DNA of 64,000 nt, from the NCBI GenBank assembly GCA_027317865.1, contig DAHVQG010000007.1, positions 102,282-166,281 of the forward strand, in the 5' to 3' direction. Made by a program: the position numbers and the translations under genes. Origin of the DNA: Bdellovibrionales bacterium (GTDB lineage Bacteria; Bdellovibrionota; Bdellovibrionia; Bdellovibrionales; UBA1609). The notes under the pieces are model-generated. The model did no database searches, was not told the origin of the DNA, and saw only the letters and a list, made by a program, of their open reading frames with translations. Shown in pieces: positions 1 to 9,359 of this stretch. Every line of letters begins with the position of its first letter. Position 1 is the first letter of the stretch.

Positions 1-2
1 CG

Positions 3-1478
3 AAAGGTTCAACGGCGCGTATAGATTGGTCTTCGCGTGACGGCAAAAGCGAAGAGATTGAAGTCACCGCCGAGTGGATTGTGTTGCGTAAAAAAGAAAA
101 ACCGTCGGCTGAAATTTTCAATACGTACTACCGTTTGGTTCAGCCACAAAATTCGAAAAATGGAATTCGTCGCGCCATAACGTTTGTATTAAACGGTGGA
201 CCTGGTGCCGCTTCGGCTTATTTGCACCTCGGAGGTTTGGGGCCACAGCGCGTTTGTTTCAATAAGGACGGCTCAAAATTACCACCTCCGGCAAAGTTAA
301 CGAACAACACCGAAAGCTGGATCGAATTTACAGATTTAGTTTTCATCGACCCTGTAGGGACTGGGTTTAGTCGCGTGGTTGAAAGTGATGCCCTGGCCCC
401 CGCTTCGGTCAGCGCGGCTCAAAAAGACACATCGGACAAAAGCAAAGTCACCGACGAAAAAGAATATTACGGGCTCAACCGTGACCTCGAGTCGCTCGGG
501 GAATTTATCGAGCGGTTTCTCTCGAAATATAAACTTTGGGATGTTCCCGTATACATTGCCGGTGAAAGCTACGGCGGGTTTCGAACGGCAAAACTCGCAA
601 GACGGTTACAAGAAAAACACGGCATTGGTTTGAGCGCCGTAATTGCAATTTCGCCGGCGCTCGAGTGGGCACTGCTCAACGACGGCGATTACGATGTTTT
701 GCGGTCTGTGGACACTTTTTGTTCGATGGCTCTCGGTGCCGCATTTCACGGCCGCTCGCGCGTGTTTAAAAAAGGCGATTCGATTGAAAAGATGCGCCCC
801 ACAATCGAATCGTTTGCGACAAAAGAGCTAGCGCACGCTTTGATGGTGGGTACGGCGCATGAACCGGCCGAGCTCGAGAAGGTTTTTTGCAAAACTGCCG
901 ATTTTCTCGGTTTGCCTGAGCAAATGGTGAAACGGGCGCATGGTCGCATACCGTTTTGGCGTTTTTCGCGTGAACTGCTACGTGATCAACAACGCATTGT
1001 CAGTTGGTATGACGCCACTCTGACGACGATTGACCCGTATCCAGATCGCGAGATGAACGAAGCTCCTGATCCGAGTCTAGTTGGCGACGAACACATATTC
1101 GAAAGCGGTATCAACCAATTGTTGCGCGCGCGCATCGGTGTCGAAACGGAACGGCGCTACGAATCGCTGAACCTCGAAGTCTATACGGTTTGGAAGCGCG
1201 ACGACTCAAAACATGCTTTCGATGGACCGGCAGGCAGTGTCGACGATTTGCGATATGCCATGAGTTTGAATCCTGAAATGAAGGTTTTAATCGTGCACGG
1301 TTATTACGACATGATTACCCCTTACTTTTCGTCTGAGCGTTTAGTTGAGCAGATGAAGCTGTTGCCCGAGAGTCGCCGTAATCTCACGCTTAAATATTTT
1401 TCTGGAGGGCACATGTTTTATACATGGGAGGAATCGCGGATCGCATTTCGAGACTATTGCCGCAATTATTACGAGTAA
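3..1478 (+). CDS. Serine carboxypeptidase, peptidase family S10 (5' end runs off the window)
   Basis: LNGGPGAAS, FIDPVGTGFS, catalytic GESYGG, GYYD and GGHMFY motifs; the frame is open from position 3, so the true start lies upstream of the window. Confidence 0.92.
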   Translation, partial: KGSTARIDWSSRDGKSEEIEVTAEWIVLRKKEKPSAEIFNTYYRLVQPQNSKNGIRRAITFVLNGGPGAASAYLHLGGLGPQRVCFNKDGSKLPPPAKLTNNTESWIEFTDLVFIDPVGTGFSRVVESDALAPASVSAAQKDTSDKSKVTDEKEYYGLNRDLESLGEFIERFLSKYKLWDVPVYIAGESYGGFRTAKLARRLQEKHGIGLSAVIAISPALEWALLNDGDYDVLRSVDTFCSMALGAAFHGRSRVFKKGDSIEKMRPTIESFATKELAHALMVGTAHEPAELEKVFCKTADFLGLPEQMVKRAHGRIPFWRFSRELLRDQQRIVSWYDATLTTIDPYPDREMNEAPDPSLVGDEHIFESGINQLLRARIGVETERRYESLNLEVYTVWKRDDSKHAFDGPAGSVDDLRYAMSLNPEMKVLIVHGYYDMITPYFSSERLVEQMKLLPESRRNLTLKYFSGGHMFYTWEESRIAFRDYCRNYYE

Positions 1479-1511
1479 CGAAAACGTTTTTTAGGTTAAG
1501 GGAGAACATTT

Positions 1512-1931
1512 ATGAAATATGCAGTGGCGCTGGGCAGAGTTTTATTTTCGTTGATTTTTATTGTGGGCGGCCTTGGTCATTTTTCGTCTTCGACCATTTC
1601 TTGGGCCGCAAGCCAAGGTGTCCCGCTCGCACATCTCTTGGTGCCGCTTGCCGGTATTATGGCGATTGCCGGAGGCCTCAGCATCATTTTGGGATATCGC
1701 GCGCGCTACGGCGCATTGTTGCTGATTTTGTTTTTAATACCGGTGACACTTATGATGCATGCGTTTTGGAGGGTTTCAGATCCTTCCATGCACGATATAC
1801 AACAAATCATGTTTCTCAAAAATCTTTCGATGCTCGGCGGAGCGATATTAATTTTTCATTTTGGCTCCGGCCCGATGAGCTTAGATAACTTGAAGCGCAA
1901 CTCGTCACAGAGTAAATCTGTCGTCGAGTGA
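1512..1931 (+). CDS. DoxX family membrane protein
   Basis: Four hydrophobic helices, GRVLFSLIF...HAFW...[10 protein letters not shown]...GSGPMSLD pattern; SD GGGAG upstream. Confidence 0.88.
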   Translation: MKYAVALGRVLFSLIFIVGGLGHFSSSTISWAASQGVPLAHLLVPLAGIMAIAGGLSIILGYRARYGALLLILFLIPVTLMMHAFWRVSDPSMHDIQQIMFLKNLSMLGGAILIFHFGSGPMSLDNLKRNSSQSKSVVE

Positions 1932-1959
1932 GGCGGCGCGATTTAAGGAGAAGATTTTA

Positions 1960-2520
1960 GTGCATCCGTGGCATGATGTCGAAATTAGTGACGGCGAACA
2001 ATTAAAAAACGCAAACATCGTGAACGCCGTCATAGAAATACCGAAAGGGTCGAAAATCAAATACGAGCTAGATAAAAAGAGCGGTCTAATCAAAGTGGAC
2101 CGCGTTTTATTTAGCAGCGTTCATTACCCCGCTAATTATGGTTTTATACCTCGTACCTATTGCGAAGACAAAGATCCGCTAGATGTATTGGTTCTGGGGC
2201 AAGAGTCGGTTGTACCACTGGCGGTCATGCGCGCAAAAATTATCGGAGTTATGCGTATGCAAGATCAGGGGGTCGCCGACGATAAGCTGATCGCGGTTCA
2301 TGCCGATGATCCGGAATACGCACACTATCAAACAATTGGTGATTTGCCGCCTCATCGCATGACCGAAGTGCAGCGATTTTTTGAAGACTATAAAATTCTT
2401 GAACACAAAAAGGTTGTGGTTGAGAAATTTTTAGACCACGAGGCAGCAATGCAAATTCTCAAAAATGCGATTGGTCTTTATCGGACCAAATTTTCAAAAT
2501 CCGATATTGAGCAGCGGTGA
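1960..2520 (+). CDS. ppa: Soluble inorganic pyrophosphatase (family I)
   Basis: [46 protein letters not shown] motifs. Confidence 0.96.
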   Translation: MHPWHDVEISDGEQLKNANIVNAVIEIPKGSKIKYELDKKSGLIKVDRVLFSSVHYPANYGFIPRTYCEDKDPLDVLVLGQESVVPLAVMRAKIIGVMRMQDQGVADDKLIAVHADDPEYAHYQTIGDLPPHRMTEVQRFFEDYKILEHKKVVVEKFLDHEAAMQILKNAIGLYRTKFSKSDIEQR

Positions 2521-3120
2521 GATCTCGAACATTCCTTTTGTATTGAAATTGAGAAGTCCGATTTGTATTCCATGCAAGTTGTCCGTTCGGTTGAGCAAAC
2601 CGATTTGAAAGCCGTAAATCGATCGTGCAACGTTATAGAGCCCCAACTGAACGCCGTGTACTTTCGTGTGCGGGGCATAGTTCCCAATCAAACCGATTTG
2701 GGCGCCATAGACGCTCGACCCGGCCGTATTAATGTTCAAGCCCAACGTTAATTGAGCGCCAAGAACGAAAGTGCTTTCGGTATTGTAGTTCGTCAGGCCG
2801 GCAAGCTGTACCCCCAAAATGTCGGTTGTACCGTGAGTGATGTTAAATACGCCTGAAATCGCCGTCCCGCCGAATTGTACCGTCGTGACGTTACCGAGAC
2901 CGCCGACATCAAGGCCATACACGTGGCGGTTGTGCCCCCAAAGTAAGCTAAGACGCGCTCCACTGACGCCAAATGTACTCGGTGGCAATTGTACGGGAGG
3001 GATCAACGACACGGCAATCGGGGAGTACATCGCGGCATGTGCGCGAATCGATACTGTTAAACAAGAAATGCCTAGTAGGCAACTCATGACAATAATTCGA
3101 AAGGATGTCGTTTTTCGCAT
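2494..3120 (-). CDS. Secreted/outer-membrane repeat protein (LA_2272-like, GxQxGxxN repeats)
   Basis: Signal peptide ending AHA-A, tandem G(V/A/F/I)Q(L/I)GLxN repeats, C-terminal LNIGF; SD AAGGAG upstream. Confidence 0.75.
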   Translation of the reverse strand: MRKTTSFRIIVMSCLLGISCLTVSIRAHAAMYSPIAVSLIPPVQLPPSTFGVSGARLSLLWGHNRHVYGLDVGGLGNVTTVQFGGTAISGVFNITHGTTDILGVQLAGLTNYNTESTFVLGAQLTLGLNINTAGSSVYGAQIGLIGNYAPHTKVHGVQLGLYNVARSIYGFQIGLLNRTDNLHGIQIGLLNFNTKGMFEISPLLNIGF

Positions 3121-3313
3121 TTGGTAACTCCTTTTAGCTATTTACATTTTACGGGAATTCGCCTCGAACGTCGAATCGGACTAGATGTTTGGCCTGGGTT
3201 TCAGGGGTTTGTTGTACAATTAATGAATGAATATTAAAAATTTTAAACTATTTGGGTTGATTCTTTAATCGCCATTGACAACCGGACGCGGATAAGCGAA
3301 ACGAAGGCTCAAT

Positions 3314-4024
3314 ATGTTAACAGTTCGGAAGTCACAAGAGCGCGGCTCATTTGACCACGGTTGGCTTAAAACGTTTCATACGTTTTCTTTCGGGCAATAT
3401 TTCGACCCCGATTTTACCGGGTACAGTGTATTACGTGTCATTAATGAAGATCGAATCCGCGGTTGTGGTGCTTTTGCGATGCATGGGCACAAAGACATGG
3501 AAATTGTCACTTACATCATTAGTGGCGCGGTTGAACATAAAGACAGCATGGGCCAGTCAACCGTTGTACGTGCGGGGCAAGTTCAGCGCATGACAGCAGG
3601 CAGCGGGGTGCGCCACTCAGAAGCGAATCATTTTTCTGATCGCGATACCCATTTGTTACAGATTTGGATTGTGCCGCAAGTTGATTCACTTGAGCCCAGT
3701 TATGAGCAGAAAGATTTTTCGCAATCTCGAGAAAATTTGTGTTTGATTGTTTCGCGCGACGGCCGCGAAGGTTCCGTGTCGATCCATCAGGATGTCGATA
3801 TATACGCTGGCCGTGTTCAAAATATTCCACTTGTACTGCAACTTCCAGTTCTGGCTTCGCGTCGCGGATGGGTACAAATGATAAGCGGCAAGGCCCGGGT
3901 CTCGGCGAACGATAAAGAATCAGCCAATGCTCAGGCGGGCGATGGCGTGGCCATTTACGGTGTTAACGAAGTTAAAGTTCATTGCGAACCAGGCGCCCAC
4001 TTTTTATTTTTTGATTTGCCCTAG
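3314..4024 (+). CDS. Pirin family protein (YhhW-like bicupin)
   Basis: DHGWL..HTFSF, LRVINED, HGHKDMEIVTY, HKDSMG, MTAGSGVRHSE, LLQIWI motifs. Confidence 0.93.
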   Translation: MLTVRKSQERGSFDHGWLKTFHTFSFGQYFDPDFTGYSVLRVINEDRIRGCGAFAMHGHKDMEIVTYIISGAVEHKDSMGQSTVVRAGQVQRMTAGSGVRHSEANHFSDRDTHLLQIWIVPQVDSLEPSYEQKDFSQSRENLCLIVSRDGREGSVSIHQDVDIYAGRVQNIPLVLQLPVLASRRGWVQMISGKARVSANDKESANAQAGDGVAIYGVNEVKVHCEPGAHFLFFDLP

Positions 4025-4047
4025 GCTTTCATCTTTCGAGCGGGAGA

Positions 4048-5052
4048 TTAAGCAAATACGCTCGCGAGAACAAAGCTGAGGAGACCCAGTACATACGCGA
4101 CGACCATTGAAATTAATAAGAAATTTGTTTCTTTTGGAGCATCCCGAAATTCATCCCAAAAGTAAATCGACCAAAGCGCAGAAATGAGCATAGCGCCTTC
4201 TGAGATTCCGAACGAAACTCCAAAGCCCATGCGTTCCGCAGCGAGTACGCTGAGTTCAAGGCCGAAACACCAAATTGAGCCGCTTAAAACTCCGACTAAG
4301 TGATCGCGCAAACTTGCATTCAAATAGTCGTCAATTGTGAGCGGCTGGCCCGAGATCGGTTCTTCCATAAGACTGGGGATAAATAGAAGCGCGCTTAAAA
4401 AAACGCCAACAGCAAATGAAAATACGGACCCATAGGGCCCCAGTTTGCCTATTTCGGGCGGATTGTAATGGTGCGCGGTTGCCATTGCCAGCACACAATA
4501 AAACAAACCAAACAAAGCACCGCTTGCGACAGGTAAAACCAGTTTTGAAAGTGACGGACGCGTTCTTTGCGGGCGAACATACTTAAAGGCTTGAGCATCC
4601 AACCAAATTGCATAAACGATCAATATAACGCCGGCAAACAATAGTGCCGGGTGCCCCTTTGGCGAAGTGATGTAATTTGAGAGGACCCCCACGACAAGGC
4701 CAGCAACCACCGTGACCGGTAGTGCGATTTGTATTCCGACCGAGGCGATCGCATTTACAATTAAAACGTTTGAAAAGTTAAATAAGATTCCACTCGAAAA
4801 GGCGAGTACGAAATAATCAACTTTTGACTGCGCGAGATCGTCGAAGAATGACCGGCCCACGTTGCCAACCGAACCCCATGTAAAACCGAGCACGATGGTT
4901 GCGAGCAAAATGCCAATTGCATGGTCCCAATAGAATAACTCAAAACGCCACTTTTCAATCGCCAGATTTTCGATTTTAGCCCAAGAACCCCAGCAAACCA
5001 TTGTAATCAAACAGCATATGATGGCTTCGGCAAAGGTACTGGGGACATACAT
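4048..5052 (-). CDS. DMT-superfamily transporter (ureide permease/GRP-like)
   Basis: TMVCWGSW and WRFELFYWD N-terminal motif, about 10 TM segments, C-terminal WxEFR motif. Confidence 0.8.
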   Translation of the reverse strand: MYVPSTFAEAIICCLITMVCWGSWAKIENLAIEKWRFELFYWDHAIGILLATIVLGFTWGSVGNVGRSFFDDLAQSKVDYFVLAFSSGILFNFSNVLIVNAIASVGIQIALPVTVVAGLVVGVLSNYITSPKGHPALLFAGVILIVYAIWLDAQAFKYVRPQRTRPSLSKLVLPVASGALFGLFYCVLAMATAHHYNPPEIGKLGPYGSVFSFAVGVFLSALLFIPSLMEEPISGQPLTIDDYLNASLRDHLVGVLSGSIWCFGLELSVLAAERMGFGVSFGISEGAMLISALWSIYFWDEFRDAPKETNFLLISMVVAYVLGLLSFVLASVFA

Positions 5053-5147
5053 GAGATCCTCCGCGTGGATCCAGCCCGAAGACGGCAGTTTGAGAGCTGC
5101 CGTCTATTTTCATACCCGGTTCGACCCGCGCGGAGGGTAAATATTTT

Positions 5148-6641
5148 TTAATTCTGCACGTTCAGCGCAAATTTTTGGCTATCGACGAATGTTTTATGGC
5201 CGGCGGAATACGATTGTCCCTGCAACCATAAAATGTACGTTCCGTTGGGTACGGTCGGCGTGCGCCAGCCCATCGTCATTTCGCTTGCTACGTTAGGCGA
5301 ACCGTAGTGCGTTACTTTACCGTTTGGGTCTTGAATAAAGAGCGAAATTCTTTGAAGCGGAACAGAACTTGTTGTGTCAACCGCCACATTAAATACTATT
5401 CGGCCGTGCACGGGCTGAGTGGCATCAAACTTTGGCGTCGCCACGATTTTGTAATTTTCCGGTTGATTGGCCACGTAGAAATAGCGGTAAATCTTCGCGG
5501 CACTGTTGCCTGCAACCAAAGTATATTTACCATCTGGCAATGTGGTCGTGTTCAATGTTAAATTGCACGCGCGAGAATGGCATGAAGTGTGAGCATTTTG
5601 GGCGTGGCTCGCATTTTCAATCGAGAGATTAAGCGCTCCATTATTCATTGTCGGATTTGCTTCAAGATCAGAAGCGCTGAATGTTCTGACGCCCGAAACA
5701 AAAGTGCGGTCGCGAAGCGGTGAGTAAATATAGTCTGGTGATTTGTTGAGTTGAAACTGCGTGTTATTTTGCCCGATGCCCGAAATGTCATCGTAGCTAA
5801 CATAAGCAAAACCTTTCATGCCCCAACTTCGGCCCCAACTGTTGCGAATGATCCACGCGCCTTTGGCATCATTGTAACCAATCAGAGAAACCGCGTGCCC
5901 ACCGAGCTCGGGGCCGGTTACGTGCTTATAAACGCCGCTCGAGTAAGTGATGAAATCAGAATAAACAACCATGGTTGTGACCATCGGGCCGTTTTGTAAC
6001 GCTTCTTTGACTTGTTCCATACCGTACGGGTTTGTGTACGACGAAATTTTGATGGAACGTTGCGCAGCGTTCGGGCAAATCGAAGAACAATCGACATCTT
6101 TACCTGTTGCGCCTTCTGTATAAGGCGCACAAGCTTCGTCGGGGACACCATTGGATACAAGAAATTGTGCGGCGAGATTGGGCATCCAGCCGTAATCGCA
6201 CATGCCGCCGCCACAAGCGAATAATGCTTGGGGCGAAAGTTCCAAATCAAGACTCGGAATGCCAGAAGTAACGTTGATTTGCGATTCGAGCGTGCCGATC
6301 GTGGCAAATGCGACACAACTTCCACACTCGCCTTGATTGAGCATCGGTGCTTCGTAATCAAAACCGTTATGGTTACGCCAATCAAGAGACGGCGGTATGT
6401 TTGCCGGAGTGTAATTCAAAGTTGAGAAATCAACGGGAGAAGGATGCACGCCTCGCGCGCCCATCATGTGCACCAATTCAGTACGCGACAAATGGTTCAA
6501 CCAGTTGTCTTTTGCGCGCCAGGTGGCGTGGTTTGCCTCTAAATGTTTATTTAAAAGTTTAACCGATAAAAATTCAGCACCAAATGCACGGGCCGTGTAC
6601 AACAGCGGCATACATGCCAATAAAACGAGCAGCTTTTTCAT
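5148..6641 (-). CDS. Secreted papain-like cysteine peptidase (C1A) with C-terminal Ig-like domains
   Basis: Signal peptide; LDWR, QGECGSCVAFA (catalytic Cys), GGHAVSLIGY (His), IRNSWG (Asn); two C-terminal PDGKY/PNGTY Ig-like repeats. Confidence 0.93.
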   Translation of the reverse strand: MKKLLVLLACMPLLYTARAFGAEFLSVKLLNKHLEANHATWRAKDNWLNHLSRTELVHMMGARGVHPSPVDFSTLNYTPANIPPSLDWRNHNGFDYEAPMLNQGECGSCVAFATIGTLESQINVTSGIPSLDLELSPQALFACGGGMCDYGWMPNLAAQFLVSNGVPDEACAPYTEGATGKDVDCSSICPNAAQRSIKISSYTNPYGMEQVKEALQNGPMVTTMVVYSDFITYSSGVYKHVTGPELGGHAVSLIGYNDAKGAWIIRNSWGRSWGMKGFAYVSYDDISGIGQNNTQFQLNKSPDYIYSPLRDRTFVSGVRTFSASDLEANPTMNNGALNLSIENASHAQNAHTSCHSRACNLTLNTTTLPDGKYTLVAGNSAAKIYRYFYVANQPENYKIVATPKFDATQPVHGRIVFNVAVDTTSSVPLQRISLFIQDPNGKVTHYGSPNVASEMTMGWRTPTVPNGTYILWLQGQSYSAGHKTFVDSQKFALNVQN

Positions 6642-6696
6642 GAAAATCCCCCTCCCATAGGTGAAAAGCTTACCGGCTGGGGGATTTATGAATACT

Positions 6697-6725
6697 GCTA
6701 GTTTTTAATGAGACTAAAAACTAGC
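6697..6725. repeat. Perfect 11-bp inverted repeat (possible terminator or RNA-stabilising hairpin after the KGG gene)
   Basis: GCTAGTTTTTA-ATGAGAC-TAAAAACTAGC, 21 nt downstream of the 6747 stop; no clear U-tract on the minus strand. Confidence 0.5.
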
Positions 6726-6746
6726 CTTTGGTTTTGGTATCTCGCA

Positions 6747-7133
6747 CTAATGCCATTTTTCTTCGTCGAAGTCTTTGTAATCTTCGTCGCGACTTGAGCG
6801 TGAACTGCGGCCATAATTGGTTTGGTCGAAGTTGCGTTCATCATAGGCGCGTTGACTTCGTCGGCCTCTCGCCGATCGCGCGCGCTCAATGTAACCATCT
6901 CTCACGGGCTCTCTGACATTTCGAGTTTGAGGACGTACATAATCGCGGCCTCTACCGCCGTGACTAGCTCGGCCACCCATGCTTGCAATTGCTCGTCGTT
7001 CTGCGAGTGACATCGCGGCGAATCCGCGCCGACTTGTTCCGCTTTTTTTCTTCGAAGCCTTACGAGACTTGAAGCTTCGTCGCGTGGGTGTGTGTCGTCG
7101 TGCACGTGAAGTTCTACTTTGTGTTCGTGCCAT
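6747..7133 (-). CDS. Arg/Ser-rich small protein with a KGG (stress-induced, YciG/Con-10-like) motif
   Basis: RGFAAMSLAERRAIASMGGRASH matches the KGG repeat; start moved to ATG 7133, which has SD GGAGG upstream. Confidence 0.8.
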   Translation of the reverse strand: MARTQSRTSRARRHTPTRRSFKSRKASKKKSGTSRRGFAAMSLAERRAIASMGGRASHGGRGRDYVRPQTRNVREPVRDGYIERARSARGRRSQRAYDERNFDQTNYGRSSRSSRDEDYKDFDEEKWH

Positions 7134-7207
7134 TTTCGAACCCTCCATTTGAAGTCGTAGTAACTGTTGTTTTCGGACTTTGTCTTACTGTCTAATTATT
7201 CGAACAG

Positions 7208-7223
7208 TGCAACTATTGTGCCA
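7208..7223 (-). promoter_or_regulatory. sigma54 (-24/-12) promoter for the KGG-motif gene
   Basis: Minus strand reads TGGCACAATAGTTGCA, an exact TGGCAC-N5-TTGCA consensus 75 nt upstream of the ATG. Confidence 0.8.
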
Positions 7224-7319
7224 CTACGGCACAGTTTAGACACAATGGCGCGGGCACGCTTTCGGTTATACTGACACGTGGAGAAGTTCCTCTAGAACTG
7301 CTAATCTGTGGACACTATT

Positions 7320-7859
7320 TCATCGACCGTATCGCGCTTGCAGACGACCGGCCGCAATCTTCAAATGGTTGAGATTGAATCCAACCATTGCGGCTGTTGC
7401 ATTTTCATCGAGCGGAACTTTTTCTTTTAAAGCATACACAGTAAATACGTAGCGGTGCGGTTTTCCGGGAGGCGGGCAAGGACCGCCGTAACCGAATTGA
7501 CCGTAATCGTTTCGGCCTTGAATTGCGCCTTCTGGGAGTGGTGCCTTGCCGGAACCAGCGCCGAGCGCGAGGTGATTCACATTTGCGGGAATGTTAAACA
7601 CGATCCAGTGCCACCATCCCGAACCGGTCGGTGCATCGGGGTCAAATACCGTGACGGCAAATGCTTTGGTATTTTTCGGCGCTCCCGACCATTCAAGATC
7701 CGGCGAAATGTTTTGCCCATCACAACCGGAACCGTTGAACACTTGCTCTATCGGAATTGATTTGCCTTTTCGAATCGCGTTACTTTTTAACGTTAACGTA
7801 GATGCCATACTCGCCACTCCTAAAACGATTGTTGCTATAAAAAATTGTCGAACGATCAT
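7320..7859 (-). CDS. YbhB/YbcL (PEBP/Raf kinase inhibitor-like) periplasmic protein
   Basis: GCDGQNISPDLEWS, DPDAPTGSGWWHW, YGGPCPP, HRYVFTVYAL; signal peptide. Confidence 0.93.
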   Translation of the reverse strand: MIVRQFFIATIVLGVASMASTLTLKSNAIRKGKSIPIEQVFNGSGCDGQNISPDLEWSGAPKNTKAFAVTVFDPDAPTGSGWWHWIVFNIPANVNHLALGAGSGKAPLPEGAIQGRNDYGQFGYGGPCPPPGKPHRYVFTVYALKEKVPLDENATAAMVGFNLNHLKIAAGRLQARYGR

Positions 7860-7869
7860 CTTCGTAAGC

Positions 7870-8358
7870 CTAATCGGGGAGTGTTAGAAAAACAAGCGCA
7901 GCTGAGTCGATAACCAGTAATCGAGTTGCGGCGTTGAGCGCGCCTGACCATGGTGCGGGGGCGAGCCACAAGTAAAACCATTCTCCGCCGATTGTAATAA
8001 AGCCGGTAGTGAAAAGAACGAAACCAATTGTTAAACCGATTAGGGCCCACGACTTAGCGTTCGCAAATTGTTCGTTTGAGCCATGACGTATTTTATATAG
8101 GTCAGTCGCGCCGCCTAAACACAAAATTGCGGCGACCATTTCGGCAACGATAATGAGTAAATAAACGGCGTGATGCGCGAGAGGCGAATGAAATGCCCGC
8201 CAATGTGGTGCGAGGGTAGGCAATGCCTTCATATTCAGAACATGTTCAACGTATGAAAAGTTGATGTCGTAATTGAAAATATTGTTCAACGCAATTGCGC
8301 CTAACAATACTGCAACACAACTGACCACAGTGATTTTGCAATAACGTAAAACCATCAT
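7870..8358 (-). CDS. DUF2165 family small integral membrane protein
   Basis: ALNNIFNYDINFSYVEHVLNM, WRA, GFITIGGEWF motifs; start placed at ATG 8358 (ORF open to TTG 8376). Confidence 0.82.
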   Translation of the reverse strand: MMVLRYCKITVVSCVAVLLGAIALNNIFNYDINFSYVEHVLNMKALPTLAPHWRAFHSPLAHHAVYLLIIVAEMVAAILCLGGATDLYKIRHGSNEQFANAKSWALIGLTIGFVLFTTGFITIGGEWFYLWLAPAPWSGALNAATRLLVIDSAALVFLTLPD

Positions 8359-8752
8359 ATTGCGATTTGTTTGCAAAAATAGTGCTAACTTCGCTGTGGC
8401 CTATTGCCAGGAAAACAGTGGGCATGGTTCCGAATTCGGCCTTGTCCCGCCTCTAATTAGCGTCGGTGTGTCGGTCTGTTTTGTTTGCGATGCAATACCC
8501 GGACCCTCCGGGCATTTTTGACAATGCAAGATTACGTCAAACTAAATCAGCTCGAGTCGTAGGGATTTGATCGCGTTGGTGGTCGATTTTTTGTGCGGTG
8601 GTTGAGCGTTGTGAATACGTCTTGAGTTCCTGTCGCTAAAACGCTGGGATTAAGACGAAAACGCGGCGTGAGGTTTCGTTGCCTAAATTTGGCGTGATTC
8701 ACGGAGTCCTAAACCATAGACAATAAATCTTCAAAGATTTAATCATTATTAC

Positions 8753-8911
8753 ATGGAAATAATCAGACCTGGAAAAAGTTCGGATGCCGAAGCTATTGCA
8801 AAGGTCCACGTTATCGCGTGGCGTGAAACCTACGCGGGAATTGTTCCCAACGACTATTTGGATTCGCTTTCCGTTTATTGTTCAACGTATGCCTGTCGAG
8901 TTTTTGGTTGA
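8753..8911 (+). pseudogene. Truncated GNAT N-acetyltransferase remnant (N-terminal ~40 aa only)
   Basis: Hand translation MEIIRPGKSSDAEAIAKVHVIAWRETYAGIVPNDYLDSLSVYCSTYACRVFG*; the first ~40 aa are a typical GNAT N-terminus (IR.A...DAEAIA.VH..W.ETY.GI.P..YL) and the acetyl-CoA binding core is absent. Below the ORF-track length cutoff. Confidence 0.72.
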
Positions 8912-8946
8912 TGACGAATCAACCCGCATGGACTAGAAGCAGAAGT

Positions 8947-9321
8947 ATGCCGACTCAATTAATTGAATCTTCATGTCATTGTGGTGCTGTAAAGTTGCAG
9001 ATCGAAGGCGATATTCCTGAAACGTTGACCTCATGCAATTGTTCGCTCTGTCGCCGATACGGAGATTTAATGGCTTATTATTCACCCACAAAAGTTAAAA
9101 TCTTTGCTGAGTCTGGTGCCACTGATGAATACATTTGGGGAGACAAGAGTATCGCATTTGTCCGATGTAGTAATTGTGGCTGCTTTAGTCATTGGAGAAG
9201 TTTAGATCCCAATCAAAACGATCGAATGGGCGTAAACGCGCGGCTCTTTACAAACGTTGAAATCGACAAAATTCGCATCCGCCATTTCGATGGGGCAAAC
9301 ACCTGGCAATATCTTGACTGA
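8947..9321 (+). CDS. GFA/CENP-V family zinc-binding protein
   Basis: SCHCGAV, CNCSLCRR, CSNCGC and GVNARL motifs; start moved to ATG 8947. Confidence 0.92.
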   Translation: MPTQLIESSCHCGAVKLQIEGDIPETLTSCNCSLCRRYGDLMAYYSPTKVKIFAESGATDEYIWGDKSIAFVRCSNCGCFSHWRSLDPNQNDRMGVNARLFTNVEIDKIRIRHFDGANTWQYLD

Positions 9322-9359
9322 TTTTTGAATGGAACCGTTAGCAAACCAAATCCGACCGG

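Noticed and set aside
5080..5105. AGACGGCAG/CTGCCGTCT hairpin as terminator of the C1 peptidase gene
   Set aside because: The stem is real, but the T-tract lies on the plus strand while both flanking genes are minus-strand; role unclear
8372..8387. TAGCAC-N5-TTGCA upstream of the DUF2165 gene (and CAGCAC-N5-ATGCA near 52524-52539)
   Set aside because: The invariant -24 GG is AG; too weak to call
8697..8725. CACGGAGTCCTAAACCAT resembling part of a c-di-GMP-I riboswitch
   Set aside because: The GGCAAA/GAAA/GACGCAAA elements and the pairing 3' strand are absent
8753..9345. Integron cassette interpretation of GNAT plus GFA (GTTAGC at 9337)
   Set aside because: No RYYYAAC inverse core after the stop codons, no attC hairpin, and no integrase in the window
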